Shown here in pieces: positions 12,006 to 23,763 of a stretch of DNA of 64,000 bases. The first letter of the stretch is position 1. Each line of letters starts with the position of its first letter. A program made the translations under genes and the position numbers. The notes under the pieces were generated by a model. It was not told the DNA's origin. It saw nothing but the letters and a program-made list of their open reading frames with translations, and ran no database searches. Origin of the DNA: Octopus sinensis (Eukaryota); assembly GCF_006345805.1 (NCBI RefSeq), contig NC_043004.1:27838001-27902000 (forward strand), in the 5' to 3' direction.

Positions 12006-12215
12006 GGCGGCGAGCTGGCAGAATCGTTAATACACCGGGCAAAATGCTTAGCGGCATTTCGTCCGTCTTTACGCTGTTCAAATTCCGCCGAGGTCGGCTT
12101 TACCTTTCATCTTTTCGGGTTCGATAAAATAAGTACCAGTTGAGCACTAGGGTCGATTTAATAGACTTACTCCTTCCCCGAAATTGCCGGCCTTGTACCA
12201 AAATAGGAAAACCAA
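12006..12215 (+). mobile_element. SINE family B
   Basis: ggcggcgagctggcagaatcgtta...aaattccgccgaggtcg... Confidence 0.85.
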
Positions 12216-12395
12216 TATTTTAAAGTACTCAATATTTTTATTTTGAACGAGGCAATCTTTTGTTTACATTGAAGTAATATCCTAGTGGCCCTCTGAGCAC
12301 TCGGGCGAATCTCCAGAATAGCATGAAACTGACTCTCAAAATGAAAATATTACAGATGACAGAGTAAGTACGAATCGGTACTAGTACAAGGAAGT

Positions 12396-12671
12396 GGAGG
12401 CGCAATGGCCCAGTGGTTAGGGCAGCGGACTCGCGGTCATAGGATCGCGGTTTCGATTCCCAGACCGGGCGTTGTGAGTGTTTATTGAGTGAAAACACCT
12501 AAAGCTCCACGAGGCTCCGGCAGGGGGTGGTGGTGATCCCTGCTGTACTCTTTCACCACAACTTTCTCTCACTCTTACTTCCTGTTTCTGTTGTACCTGT
12601 ATTTCAAAGGGCCGGCCTTGTCACTCTCTGTGTCACGCTGAATATCCCCAAGAACTACGTTAAGGGTACAC
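12396..12671 (+). mobile_element. tRNA-derived SINE family C
   Basis: ggaggcgcaatggcccagtggttagggcagcggactcgcgg...gtttcgattccc (A and B boxes); the same head occurs on the minus strand at 27871-28064. Confidence 0.9.
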
Positions 12672-12879
12672 GAGCAGGCTGTTCGTAACCGACGGAGTGC
12701 TTCCAAAAAAAAAAAAGTACAAGAAAGTTTATATATGATAAATTTATGGTTTCATACTTTACTCCTGTATACTGTCACAATGATGCATTTACATGTAAAG
12801 AATCATATATTCAGCTCAACAAAAATACTTAAATGAAACTGCAAATTTTTCCACAACATACATTTGTAATATAAGGGTG

Positions 12880-12918
12880 TGTCTTATAAGTGGGTCTTAT
12901 ACGCAGGCAATTATGGTA
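12880..12918. mobile_element. Possible pogo/Tigger-type terminal repeat remnant
   Basis: gtcttatacgcaggcaattatgg+TA resembles the reverse complement of TACCGT...CGTATAAGAC-type termini; partner end not found. Confidence 0.3.
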
Positions 12919-12987
12919 TATAGGTATGTATTTGTGTAGGGAGTTCGAATGTTTACATAAATACGTATTCAAACGTGTATGTGTGTA

Positions 12988-13140
12988 TAAATGGCTTAGT
13001 GGTTAATGTGTTGCTTTCAAGATTGCGAGATCGTGGGTTCGATTTCCAGACCGGGCGTGGCGCTGTGTTCTTGAGCAATGCACTTCATTTCACGTTGCTT
13101 TGCGATCATTTCGATATCTGATATGTAGAACCCGTTCTGA
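12988..13140 (+). mobile_element. tRNA-derived SINE family D (CORE/Meta-like domain)
   Basis: tggcttagtggtta...gggttcgatttcc...gtgttcttgagcaatgcacttcatttcacgttg; related copy at 35255-35520. Confidence 0.7.
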
Positions 13141-13539
13141 TGGAGGGAGTGAGCTTATGTGTATATGCCATGTATGTATTTATTGTTGTGGCCTCATAAT
13201 CTTCTGCAGTTTGCGTATGTTTATGTGAGCGCGCATATGGTTTTGCTTATGCGTGTGTATATTTGTGCGCACGTGTGTTTATGTTCTTGAGGCTGTGTGT
13301 TAGTTTGTGTTTATGTATTAACATTTGCATTTACGTTTACGATTATGTATTTCTGTGTGTGTGTGCTAGTAAGTATATTTGTATTTTTATGTGTATGTAT
13401 TTATGTGTGTATGTGTGTGTTTGCAATATATAATTATGTCTGGGTAAACCTCACCTGTCCTCCCCTTTACACTTCATATTGACATTTCTGTGATAACGAT
13501 CCCTTTTGATCAATTTTTTTTCCTTTCCCTTCCCCCCCC

Positions 13540-13945
<406 letters not shown>

Positions 13946-14592
13946 GATAGATGTATATGATATGGTGTGTGTGCTTGAACAATAATGTATGATGTTATGG
14001 ACGAAGATCCCTGAATGAAGGACTGCTGTCGTTTTGTTGTTTAGCACCATATCTAACCAAGCATACCATTAATCAAAAGCATTCCAGCCATGACCAACCT
14101 GTCTATGCGTAGGGAAACTGCAAGCCACATTATCCAGCAATATATTTATCTGCCACAATAGGGTGATTCAAGGAAATCATAGTTTCTATTTCTAGAAGGT
14201 AGAACGACCACATGGAGTCTCGAAAATTGGCGGCTCGTTTGTTTTGACAATGGTAGTGGTCATGGTGAGGTTGGTGGTGTCAGGTGTTGTTTGTGATGTC
14301 GACGTGGTGGTGAAGTTAGCAGTGCTGGTGGTAGCGGCGCGATGCTGGTGGTGCTGGAGGTGGTGTTGATGGTGACGGGAAGTGTTGGTGGAGTCGGCGT
14401 GGTATTGGTGCTGTTGGGGCGTTTCGGGGTGGTATAGGGTGTTGATGGTGGCTGTTGAGTGGTGGTGTTGGTAGAGCGGAAGAGGATGGAATGGAAACCA
14501 GAAAAGGGGAAGTCATAACTCGATCTCCCTTTATAAGCATCGAAGCATGTGTACACACACACACACGCACACGCCCGCCCCCACATACACGC

Positions 14593-14633
<41 letters not shown>

Positions 14634-15003
14634 CGCACACGCACACGCTCGCAAGGCACACACATGCGCATACACACGCGTGCCCACACACACACACACA
14701 ACACACGCACGCACACAACACACTAACACACACACACGCACGCACATATATACACACACACACACACAAACATACACACACAACATACACACGCACAGAC
14801 ACACACACACACACAAACACACACATACAACACATAACACACACACACACGCATAAACATACACACACATGTATAAGCATTTTATGCTTGTGTGTTTCCA
14901 CTCATTCACACATACGCAAAGATAAACACAAACATGCCCACAAATTTATATATATATATACATATATACACACGCAGTATACGCATGTATATACATACAT
15001 ACA

Positions 15004-15035
<32 letters not shown>

Positions 15036-15075
15036 AATATAGACTTATATACATATACATATGCATATATTATAT

Positions 15076-15478
15076 GGATCTTTTCGGTTTGAACGGCAGT
15101 TTTTAAAAATAATTTCCAGGTAACTAAACACTTTTAAACTTCGTATACTGATAGAATGTGTTTATAAAACATCTTTTTCTCTTGGCTTTATTGAGAAAAT
15201 TCTATAGTTTGTAAGATATATGTTGTTTTTTCTTCAATTTCTGCAATTTCAACCAATCAATGACGTCTATTGAGGTAAAAAAAAACATTCTGTGCCGTAT
15301 CAATATGTCCCTCGTTTAAGAAACAGATTGGGTTTATTTACATTTCTGAAAAAAAAAAAAAGATATCCTTCCCCCCACCCCTAACCCCAACCTTAACTAA
15401 CCCTAACCCTAAAACAGATTGAGATGCAATAGATCGATACTAGGGTCATAATTATGGGGGACAATTTCATATGACACC
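15076..15478. mobile_element. Second copy of the Merlin-like MITE, right end missing
   Basis: Starts ggatcttttcggtttgaacggcagtttt; colinear with 5943-6325 including the taaccc repeats. Confidence 0.85.
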
Positions 15479-15857
15479 ACAGACATATACAGACATGTAG
15501 ACATAGACGTACACACATTCATGCATGCAAATTACGCAAATATTTATACATATATTTATTCATACACACATAAACACAAATGTAGATATACTTGCACAAA
15601 TGCAATAGAAAGACACATACACACACGAACCACTACCACGGTAACCATAACTACCACAACGACGACGACGACGACCACCACCACCACCACTACCGCCGCT
15701 ATCATCATCATCATCATCATCGTCGTCGTCGATGTGGTCGTCGTGGTCGTCGTCATCGGATCAAACAGTTCGTTATTACAAAGAGAACTCCTTAACTACA
15801 CAGCCATGTTCCAATTGCGTCGCGTCGCAATCTTCCTTCTGTCTTCACTTTCTCTAC

Positions 15858-15930
<73 letters not shown>

Positions 15931-15931
15931 C

Positions 15932-15977
<46 letters not shown>

Positions 15978-15998
15978 GCTTTTCTATCTATATATCTA

Positions 15999-16029
<31 letters not shown>

Positions 16030-16066
16030 GCCTGCCTGCCTGCCTGTCTGTCTGACTGCCTGCATG

Positions 16067-16119
<53 letters not shown>

Positions 16120-16436
16120 GCATCTGTGTGTCTGTCTATCTGTGTGTGTGTGTATGTGTGCGTGCGCGCGTGTCTGTCTGTCTGTCTGTCTGTCTCTTTC
16201 ACTTTCTCTGTCGCCATCTGCTAACCATTATTTATCGCCGTATTTATGACACCTGTGCTGTTTTATGAACGATAGGATCTTGCTCTGTTCTAGAACAGAA
16301 AGTGTAAGTGACCTTCAACTGTCAGTCATCGCTTGTGTAGCGAAACCCATGATCAAACTTGTACTTTTTCACTATGCGGAGATCATACAAAACGACATCA
16401 ACTCATAAATTAACGATTAAAAATATAAATATATAA

Positions 16437-17190
16437 GAGTGGCTGTGTGATATAAGAGAAGCTTGCTTTCCAACCACAAGGTTCTGGGTTCAGTCCTACA
16501 ACGTGGTACCTTGGGCTAGCTAGAGTCTTCAACTATATCCTCGGGCCGACCAAAGCCTTGTGAGTGGATTTAGTAGACGGAAACTGAAAAAAGCACGTCG
16601 TATATATATATACATATATGTTTGTGTGCGTGCGTGCGTATGTGCGTGTGTTTGTGTGTGTGTGCGTTTGTCCCCCTATCTCCACATGACAACCGATGTT
16701 GGTGTGTTTAAATCCCCATAACTTAGCAGTTCGAATAAAGTGACCGATAGAATAAGTACCAAACTTCAGAAATAAATATTAGAGTCGATTCATTCAACTA
16801 AAAATTCATGGCGTACTCCAGCATGGCCGCAGACTACATGGTACCTTGGGCTAGTGTCTTCAACTATATCCTCGAGCCGACCAAAGCATTGTGGGTGGAT
16901 TTAGTAGACGGAAACTGAAAGAAGCCCGTATATATATACATATATGTTTGTGTGCGTGCGTAAGTGCGTGTGTTAGTGCGTGTGCGTTTGTCCCCCTATC
17001 TCCACATGACAACCGGTGTCGGTGTGTTTACGTCCCCGTAACCTAGCGGTTCGACTAAAGGGACCGATAGAATAAGTACCAAGCTTCAGAAATAAATATT
17101 GGAGTCGATTCATTCAACTAAAAATTCATGGCGTACCCCAGCATGGCCGCAGTCTAATGACTAAAACAGTAACAGATAAAAGATATACGA
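16437..17190 (+). mobile_element. SINE family A with tandem internal duplication (~400 bp unit, two copies)
   Basis: tggtaccttgggctag...cagcatggccgcag occurs at ~16504-16832 and again at ~16839-17153 with shared diagnostic variants. Confidence 0.85.
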
Positions 17191-17714
17191 TATAACATTT
17201 ATAAATACAGTAGAATAGACTTATTGCACTGCAACCAAGCTTAGGACATTCACTACTGTCTTGTGAGATACGAAGTATTTTATTAACTATTATGAACAAT
17301 ATTGACTAAGGGCAGGACGTGAGATGACGTGAATCTGGAAGATAAAATGGATCTGAGCAGGATATTAAGACATCAAGTGATGTTGGATAATATCACAAAC
17401 TATCTTGATCAAAATTTTAATGATTTAACATTCACCTTTAGGTATTATTAAATCCAGAAACACCTTTATCTACTCACAATAATCGAGATACCTAAAATAA
17501 TTAGGGGAAAAATGCATGAAGCATACTCGCTTCGTACTCGCTTACGAGTGAAGGGTCGTGTGGGTATTTTGGGTACATATCCTCCAGAGGAGGTTTAATG
17601 AAAGTGTAGCAAAGCAAACAGCAGTGCCCCAGCATGGCTACAGCTCTCGAACCGAAACTAGATTACATATATATATATACTTATATGAATGTATGTGTGT
17701 GTTTGTATCTATGC

Positions 17715-17782
<68 letters not shown>

Positions 17783-18164
17783 GTGTGTGTGCGTGTGTGT
17801 GTGTGTGCATGTGCTTGTGTGCAATAGTCGAAAATACTTGCTCACACGCTTCCGCCTTTCATACTTTTCAACTTATTTCAATCCCTGGTATGCAGCTATC
17901 TGTCTGTCTGTCTCTCGTCCATCTTTCTTTTTCTCACGGGATCATCTTTCTTTTCTTTCAGTCTGTCTTACAGACCAGACGCCTCCTTATCTGTCTCCTC
18001 TTCTATCTTTTCTCTTGTCAAAAACAATATTCCTCCAGCGTTCGCTACCTTACCTCGTCTGGTTTAACGAACCTCCATGTTTGTTTTCGTATGGCTTGTT
18101 GTATGTCTCCACTGTCCTGTTTTTGTTACCAACTTTGACCCTCCGCAAATCCCAAATTTAAGTT

Positions 18165-18370
18165 TAGTTCGCGCGAGCAACTGCCTTTCGAAACCTCATA
18201 TTGTTGTTAATTGCTCGAAATGAGGAGTAGATGGACAGCCGACAACTGATGAAGGGGTGTTATTTATGTTACTTGCCTTGCTTTCCATTTGTTTCCCTCG
18301 TTGTTCGCATACCCAAGTTTGTCTTCGTATTTCATGTTCTTCACGTTTTGTGACGCCCTGTACCCATATA
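18165..18370 (+). repeat. Dispersed repeat family F next to (TA)n
   Basis: gagcaactg...cctcatattg...gctcgaaatgaggagtagat...ccgacaactgatgaaggg...ctgtacccatat; reverse-complement copy at ~54300-54500. Confidence 0.75.
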
Positions 18371-18484
18371 TGCATATATATACATATATATATGTACGTA
18401 TATAGACATATGTATGTATAATATGCATATATATATATATTTTATTGATTGAACGCCACGCATCCATTTCCAAGTAAGTTTTAT

Positions 18485-18521
<37 letters not shown>

Positions 18522-18523
18522 AT

Positions 18524-18560
<37 letters not shown>

Positions 18561-18574
18561 GAGCAGAAATCAGA

Positions 18575-18735
18575 AATATCACAAAAACTGTTACTCAGAG
18601 TTTCACGTTCCCGTTCTTCTATCTAACAAAACTGTCCGACAAACGGGAACGTGAAACTCTGAGTAACAGTTTGTGATATTTCTGCTGCTTTTAATAAACC
18701 ATATTACTTTTCCACCTTGTTCACATTTACGTGCT
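18575..18735. mobile_element. Penelope-type terminal-repeat remnant in inverted (foldback) arrangement, flanked by (TA)n
   Basis: aatatcacaaaaactgttactcagagtttcacgttcccgtt is inverted against aacgggaacgtgaaactctgagtaacagtttgtgatatt; same family at 62156-62283. The PLE assignment is inferred from the hammerhead motif. Confidence 0.6.
18628..18672 (+). ncRNA. Minimal type I hammerhead ribozyme motif (degenerate core CCGACAA)
   Basis: Stem I aaactgt/acagttt (7 bp), stem II acg-GGAA-cgt, GAAA, near-palindromic stem III ACUCUGAGU, cleavage triplet GUA (after 18665). G8 is A in this arm but G in the inverted arm. Confidence 0.65.
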
Positions 18736-18741
18736 TACTCC

Positions 18742-18806
<65 letters not shown>

Positions 18807-18934
18807 GTATGTACGTATGTATGTATGTATGTATTAAACACAAACCGGTTTGCTATGTGTGCCACATATGATTTAATTAACCGATTTTTTCCAGTAATAA
18901 AATATCCTATTGGAATAAAAAGGGCCATATAGCT

Positions 18935-19420
18935 CCTTGGAGTAGACATGATGCTCGCTGTGAATTAAAAAAAAAATTCCAGCCAATTTGTGAAAGATAT
19001 TGTCGAAAATATGTCATCTTGAATTTGAACGCGATTTCCCAAAATGGCATGATTTTATCGATTTTTTCTGATGGTAAGGTATTGCATGGAAAACTAACGT
19101 CAGAATTAAGTTTCTTAGGGTAACATTAAGCTTCATCATGAGTTTGGTGAAAATCGATTGCAAGTTGCGAAAACTACAACAGAAAATGTGTTGCATATAA
19201 AAAGCTTAGATTCTCGACCCCATGTCGAATTTATCAATTTTTTTCAGAACTGGGGGAACTTTTCAAAATTTTCGCTGCGTTAGTTTTGAATTATGACATT
19301 GGGCTATGTGTGTGTCAAGTTTCATCAGAATCGGTTGAAAGCCGTGGTCAGGGTGAGAGTACAACCTGACAGACACACAGACACACAGACAGACAAACTG
19401 CCGTTTATATATAGAGAGAT
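18935..19420 (+). mobile_element. Non-autonomous Helitron/Helentron-like (DINE-1/Lep1-type) element
   Basis: Ends aagtttcatcagaatcggttgaaagccg...gacagacacacagac...tttatatatagagagat, the typical subterminal layout of such elements. Confidence 0.5.
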
Positions 19421-19584
19421 ATGAAATAGAGAGTGAAGTGGAGGAATGAAAATAGACGTGAGATATGCAGGAATATTGCATCTGTAGATTCATAATTTTA
19501 GCATATACATATAAGATTCCAATACCTTCTGAGTAAGTTCCAATAGTATTTAAAATAATTATTGCTTAACTATCTTCTCACACC

Positions 19585-19632
19585 GTCTCCGATGAAGGGA
19601 TATATAGAATATCCCGGAAACAGCTGTAAAAC
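19585..19632 (+). ncRNA. Minimal type I hammerhead ribozyme motif (core CCGAUGA)
   Basis: Core 19589-19595, perfect 7-bp stem II gggatat/atatccc, GAAA, palindromic stem III ACAGCUGU, triplet GUA (after 19628); stem I has 3 of 4 pairs. Confidence 0.65.
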
Positions 19633-19891
19633 CTATTTATAAATGTTCTAAAATCTTTCACAGCCTTGGAATTTTTATCTCGTGAAAAAATTTGTCTTAT
19701 ATATACACATGCTGATATATGACCTACATTGGACTCCTCATTCGCATAATCACCGAACTTGGAGATTAACTATAATCTAGTCTGTCCATAGGACTTACTC
19801 AGCATTACCTGACACCCTTGGGTCTTATTGACACCATTACCTCTCATAACCTATGTATATATATATATATATAACAGAAAAGAGGAATTTC

Positions 19892-20134
19892 ATAAGAAAT
19901 TAAAAAAGGAAAATACGCAGCGAAAGTAAAACATAATATCATGAATAGCGAACAGTAAAACATAATCTCGTGAATAGCGACACACACAGCATGGACAAAA
20001 TATCTTCTTAAAGAAATAATATATATTCAAGTAAGTAAAACATAATATCATGAATAGCGATAGCGAAACCGGTCGATATATTAAAAATTATATTAAAACT
20101 ATGTAAGTGTGCGTATTTTCCTTTTTTAATTTCT

Positions 20135-20137
<3 letters not shown>
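19892..20137. mobile_element. Short element with perfect 28-bp terminal inverted repeats enclosing a hammerhead motif
   Basis: ataagaaattaaaaaaggaaaatacgca (19892-19919) is the exact reverse complement of 20110-20137; three internal copies of gtaaaacataat.tc.tgaatagcga. Confidence 0.7.
20045..20079 (+). ncRNA. Minimal type I hammerhead ribozyme motif with A3-U8 core (AUGAAUA)
   Basis: atatc|atgaata|gc gata gc|gaaa|ccggt c|gatat: 5-bp stem I, 2-bp stem II with GAUA loop, palindromic ACCGGU stem III, GUC cleavage triplet (after 20074). Confidence 0.7.
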
Positions 20138-20184
<47 letters not shown>

Positions 20185-20192
20185 TATATATT

Positions 20193-20230
<38 letters not shown>

Positions 20231-20871
20231 TTTATGTATGTATATATAGATATATGTATGTATGAATGTATGTATATATCTTTTCTCTATTGCTTCTTTC
20301 AGTCATTAGATTGCAGCCATGCTTGGGTGCCGCCTTGAGGAATTTTTGTCGAATTAATCGACCCCAGTACTTATACGCACACATGCATACACACACGTGT
20401 GTCTCCGTGCGTGCACGTATGTGTGTGTGTGTGTGTGTGTGTCTGTGTGTACTAGTGTAATTGTACACGTATATACAACTACATGCCATTGATTATATTT
20501 CAATATAGCTCTTTGTCCACTTAAACAAATGCAGACGCCCAAAGTTCTATATATTTATACAGATTTGTGCAGATATTTAGTGTTTCACTTTGACTTATAT
20601 TTTCCCTGACCGACACCATCATAAGATTATTTGGCATAATACCAGTGCCATTAGAAACACAAATATAACCTCATTCTTTTACTTAAACATGATATTAAAG
20701 TGAGAATCTTTTCAGAAACATTGTTAGATTTTGGTATTTGGCCAGAATCGAATATAACTGCGTAGAACTGGATAGATATGATATATAAATTTTAGGCGAT
20801 ATAATCGTATATAGTTAATGTACAACTGGGTGGAAGTGATATAAAGAATTAAGTGCATCGATATATATATG

Positions 20872-20912
<41 letters not shown>

Positions 20913-20913
<1 letters not shown>

Positions 20914-21117
20914 ATAGAAAAAGTGAAAAACTACAGAAGGCTTGTTTTATAAGGTTAAAGAATATATTTAAGTCGTTATGTTAGAAAAATGTTTATAAAA
21001 TTTTGTTATAAAATTTTGTTATACAAAATTTTATAACATTTTTTTAACATAACGACTTAAATATATTCTTTAACCTTATAAAACAAGCCTTATGTGGTCT
21101 TTTCACTCTTTTCTATT
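20913..21117. repeat. AT-rich palindrome, ~95 bp arms, next to (TA)n
   Basis: aaggcttgttttataaggttaaagaatatatttaagtcgttatgtt is inverted against aacataacgacttaaatatattctttaaccttataaaacaagcctt. Confidence 0.92.
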
Positions 21118-21154
21118 TTTATACCTCCAACCACGTGCTTTCACACACCAACTT

Positions 21155-21189
<35 letters not shown>

Positions 21190-21197
<8 letters not shown>

Positions 21198-21440
21198 TAA
21201 TCCAAACGGGAAAACAGAAAAAACAACAACACGTGGAACAATTACAGTATCATTATTATTAGGCGCTCAGTATTATTATTATTAGACGTTTCGAGCGGAG
21301 CTCTTCGTCGGAAACATAGGAGAAAGAAAGATCCCGAGACGGGAGGACAGAGGAAAAAAAAATTGCAGGTCGTCTTCACGAGGTCACATACTGAAAAGAC
21401 GGAAGTGGTAAAAAAGGAGGAAAATGTTTTTTAAAAACAG
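21190..21440 (-). mobile_element. Penelope-type terminal-repeat-like element following (TA)n
   Basis: Carries a minus-strand hammerhead motif; its start resembles the fragment at ~3135-3198. Confidence 0.5.
21281..21315 (-). ncRNA. Minimal type I hammerhead ribozyme motif (core CCGACGA)
   Basis: Minus strand: guuu CCGACGA A GAGC ucc GCUC GAAA CG UC uaau; stem III palindrome ACGU, GUC triplet; stem I imperfect (first pair U-U). Confidence 0.6.
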
Positions 21441-21779
21441 GAGAGCTGAATCAAAGAGGGAATGGTAAAAAAAGGTGTGCGAGAAAACGAAGGTGTGTGT
21501 GTGAGTTTGTGCGTGTGTGTGTATGTGTGTGTATGGTGGACAGTGGCTAGTAGCAGGCAGTAGTAGAATTAAAGGAGTGTGTGGGGGTACCCTAGCAAGT
21601 CAGAAAGGCAGATCAGAAACAGGGAGGTATGTGTGTGTGCGTGTGTATGTATGTGTGAGTGTGTGCGTGTGCGTGTGTGTATGTCTGTGTGAGGCGAGAT
21701 AAAAAAACAAAAATATGTATATGTTAGTGCGTGCAGGGCGAACGGATGACATAGCAAGTCTCGAGTGAGTGGTCAGTGG

Positions 21780-23720
21780 TAAAAAAGGGAGGAAGGAGGG
21801 AAGAAGGGAAGGAGGGAAAGGGTGGGGGCGTATGTAACGTGCCAGTGTGTGTGTTGAGTGGTAGTGTGTCCAGTGTGCGTAGTTGTGTGTATGGCAAGTA
21901 AATTTGAAGTGTGTGTAAGTGTAATGTATATATATATGCAAATGTGTGTGTGTGAGTGGGTGTGTGTATGTGTGTGCGTGTGTGTACAAAGAGGGGGGTT
22001 AAGGAAAAAACTGCAGCAGAGGGGGGAGGGGAAGATGGAAGAGTGGTGCCGCGGCGACAGGCGTGGGAGAACCCAAAGACACGCGCCAGCCCCAGATACG
22101 TACAGGAGATCTAGTCGGTCAACCACGAGCGTGGTGCATGCATGCGTGTATGCGTGCGCGAACGTGCACAAGCGTGTATGTGCGCACGCCTGCGAGTGTG
22201 TGTGTAAGTATGTATGTGTGTGGATGTGTGAGTGTGTCTGTGTGTAAGTCTGGGTGTCAGTGTGTCCGATGAATGTATGTAAGTATATGTGTGTATATGT
22301 GTGTGCATAGATGTATGTCCGTGTGTGTGTGTGTGTATGTGTATGAGTGTGTATGTATGTACGTGTGTGTGTGTGGAAGTGTGTGTATGTGCATGTGTGT
22401 GCGCGTACATGCAGGTGTGTGAGTGAGTGTGTGTGTGTGTATGTATGTGTGAGTGTGTATGTCTGTGTGTGTAGGATGCATGTATGTGTATGGGTGTATG
22501 TATATGGGTGTATGTATGTGTGTGTGTGTATGTATGTGTACGTGCGTGTGTGTGTGTGTATGCATGTGCGTATGTGTGTGTGTGTGTGTGTGTGCATGTG
22601 TGTAGGTATATATGTATGTGCGTATATGTGTGTGTATGTGCGTACATGTGTGTGTGTATGCATGTGTGTGTATGTAGGTGTGTAGGCGTGTATGTATAGG
22701 TGTATGTATGTAAGTATGTATGGGCGTGTCCGTGTGTGTGTGTATATGCATGTGTGTGTATGTAGGTGTGTGGGCGTGTGTGTATAGGTGTATGTATGTA
22801 TGTATGTATGGGTGTGTCCGTGTGTGTTTGTGTGTGTGTGTATGCATGTGTATGTAGGTGTCTGTGTACGTGTGTAATATATGTATGTATGCGTGTGTGT
22901 GCGTGTGTATGCGTGTGTGTGTGTATGTAGGTGCGTATGTATGTGTGTGGGAGTGTAGGTGTGTGTGTGCGTGTATGTGTGTGTGCGTGTATATGTTGGT
23001 GTGTGTGTATGTGAGTGTGAGTGTATGGGTGTTTGTCATACATGTGTGTGCGCGTGCAGGCGAGTGTGTGTGTAAGTATGTGTGTGTGTATGTATGTGTG
23101 AGTGTGTATGTGTGTATGTCTGTGTGTATGTATGTGCGTATAGGAGTATGTAAGTATGTGTGTGTGTATGTGTGTGGGTGTATGTATGTATGTATGTGTG
23201 TGTGTGTGCATGTGTGTAAGTATATGTGTGTGTGCGTATGTATGTGTATGTGTATGTGTGTGTGTTTATGTATGTGTGTATGTATGTGTGTAGGCGTGTG
23301 TGTATAGGTGTATGTATGGGTGTGTGTCTGTGAGTGTTTGTGTGTGTGTGTAGGTATGTGTGTATGTATGAGTGAAGGTCTGGCTGTGTAGGTGTGTGTG
23401 TGTATGAATGTAAGTGTGTGTGTGTACAAGTGTAATGTATGTATGTAGGTGTGTGTGTGTGTGTATGTGTGCGTGTGCGTGTGTATGTGTGTGTGTGTAT
23501 GCATGTGAGTGTGAGTGTATGGGTGTATGTCTGTGTGTGTGTATGTCTGAAGTAGGTATGTGTGTGTATGTATGTATGTGTGTGTGTGTGCGGGTATGTG
23601 TGTGTGTGTGTGTATGTGTGTGTGTAAGTGTGTGTATGAGTAGGTGTGCGTGTATGTATGTGGGTAGGGATGCATGCGTGTGTGTGGGTATGTATGTATA
23701 CATACGCATGCACACACCCG
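21780..23720 (+). repeat. ~1.9 kb cryptic (TG)/(TATG) low-complexity array with internal block duplications
   Basis: Recurring blocks such as tgtaggcgtgt.tgtataggtgtatgtatg at ~22681, ~22770 and ~23289. Confidence 0.9.
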
Positions 23721-23763
23721 AAGCACGCCCACACACACGAAATATATATAATATATATATACT

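Noticed and set aside
18181-18260. Permuted hammerhead in family F (GAAA at 18190 before CUGAUGA at 18246; mirror copy ~54420)
   Set aside because: No stem I can be formed, stem II pairing is poor, and no GAAA follows the core.
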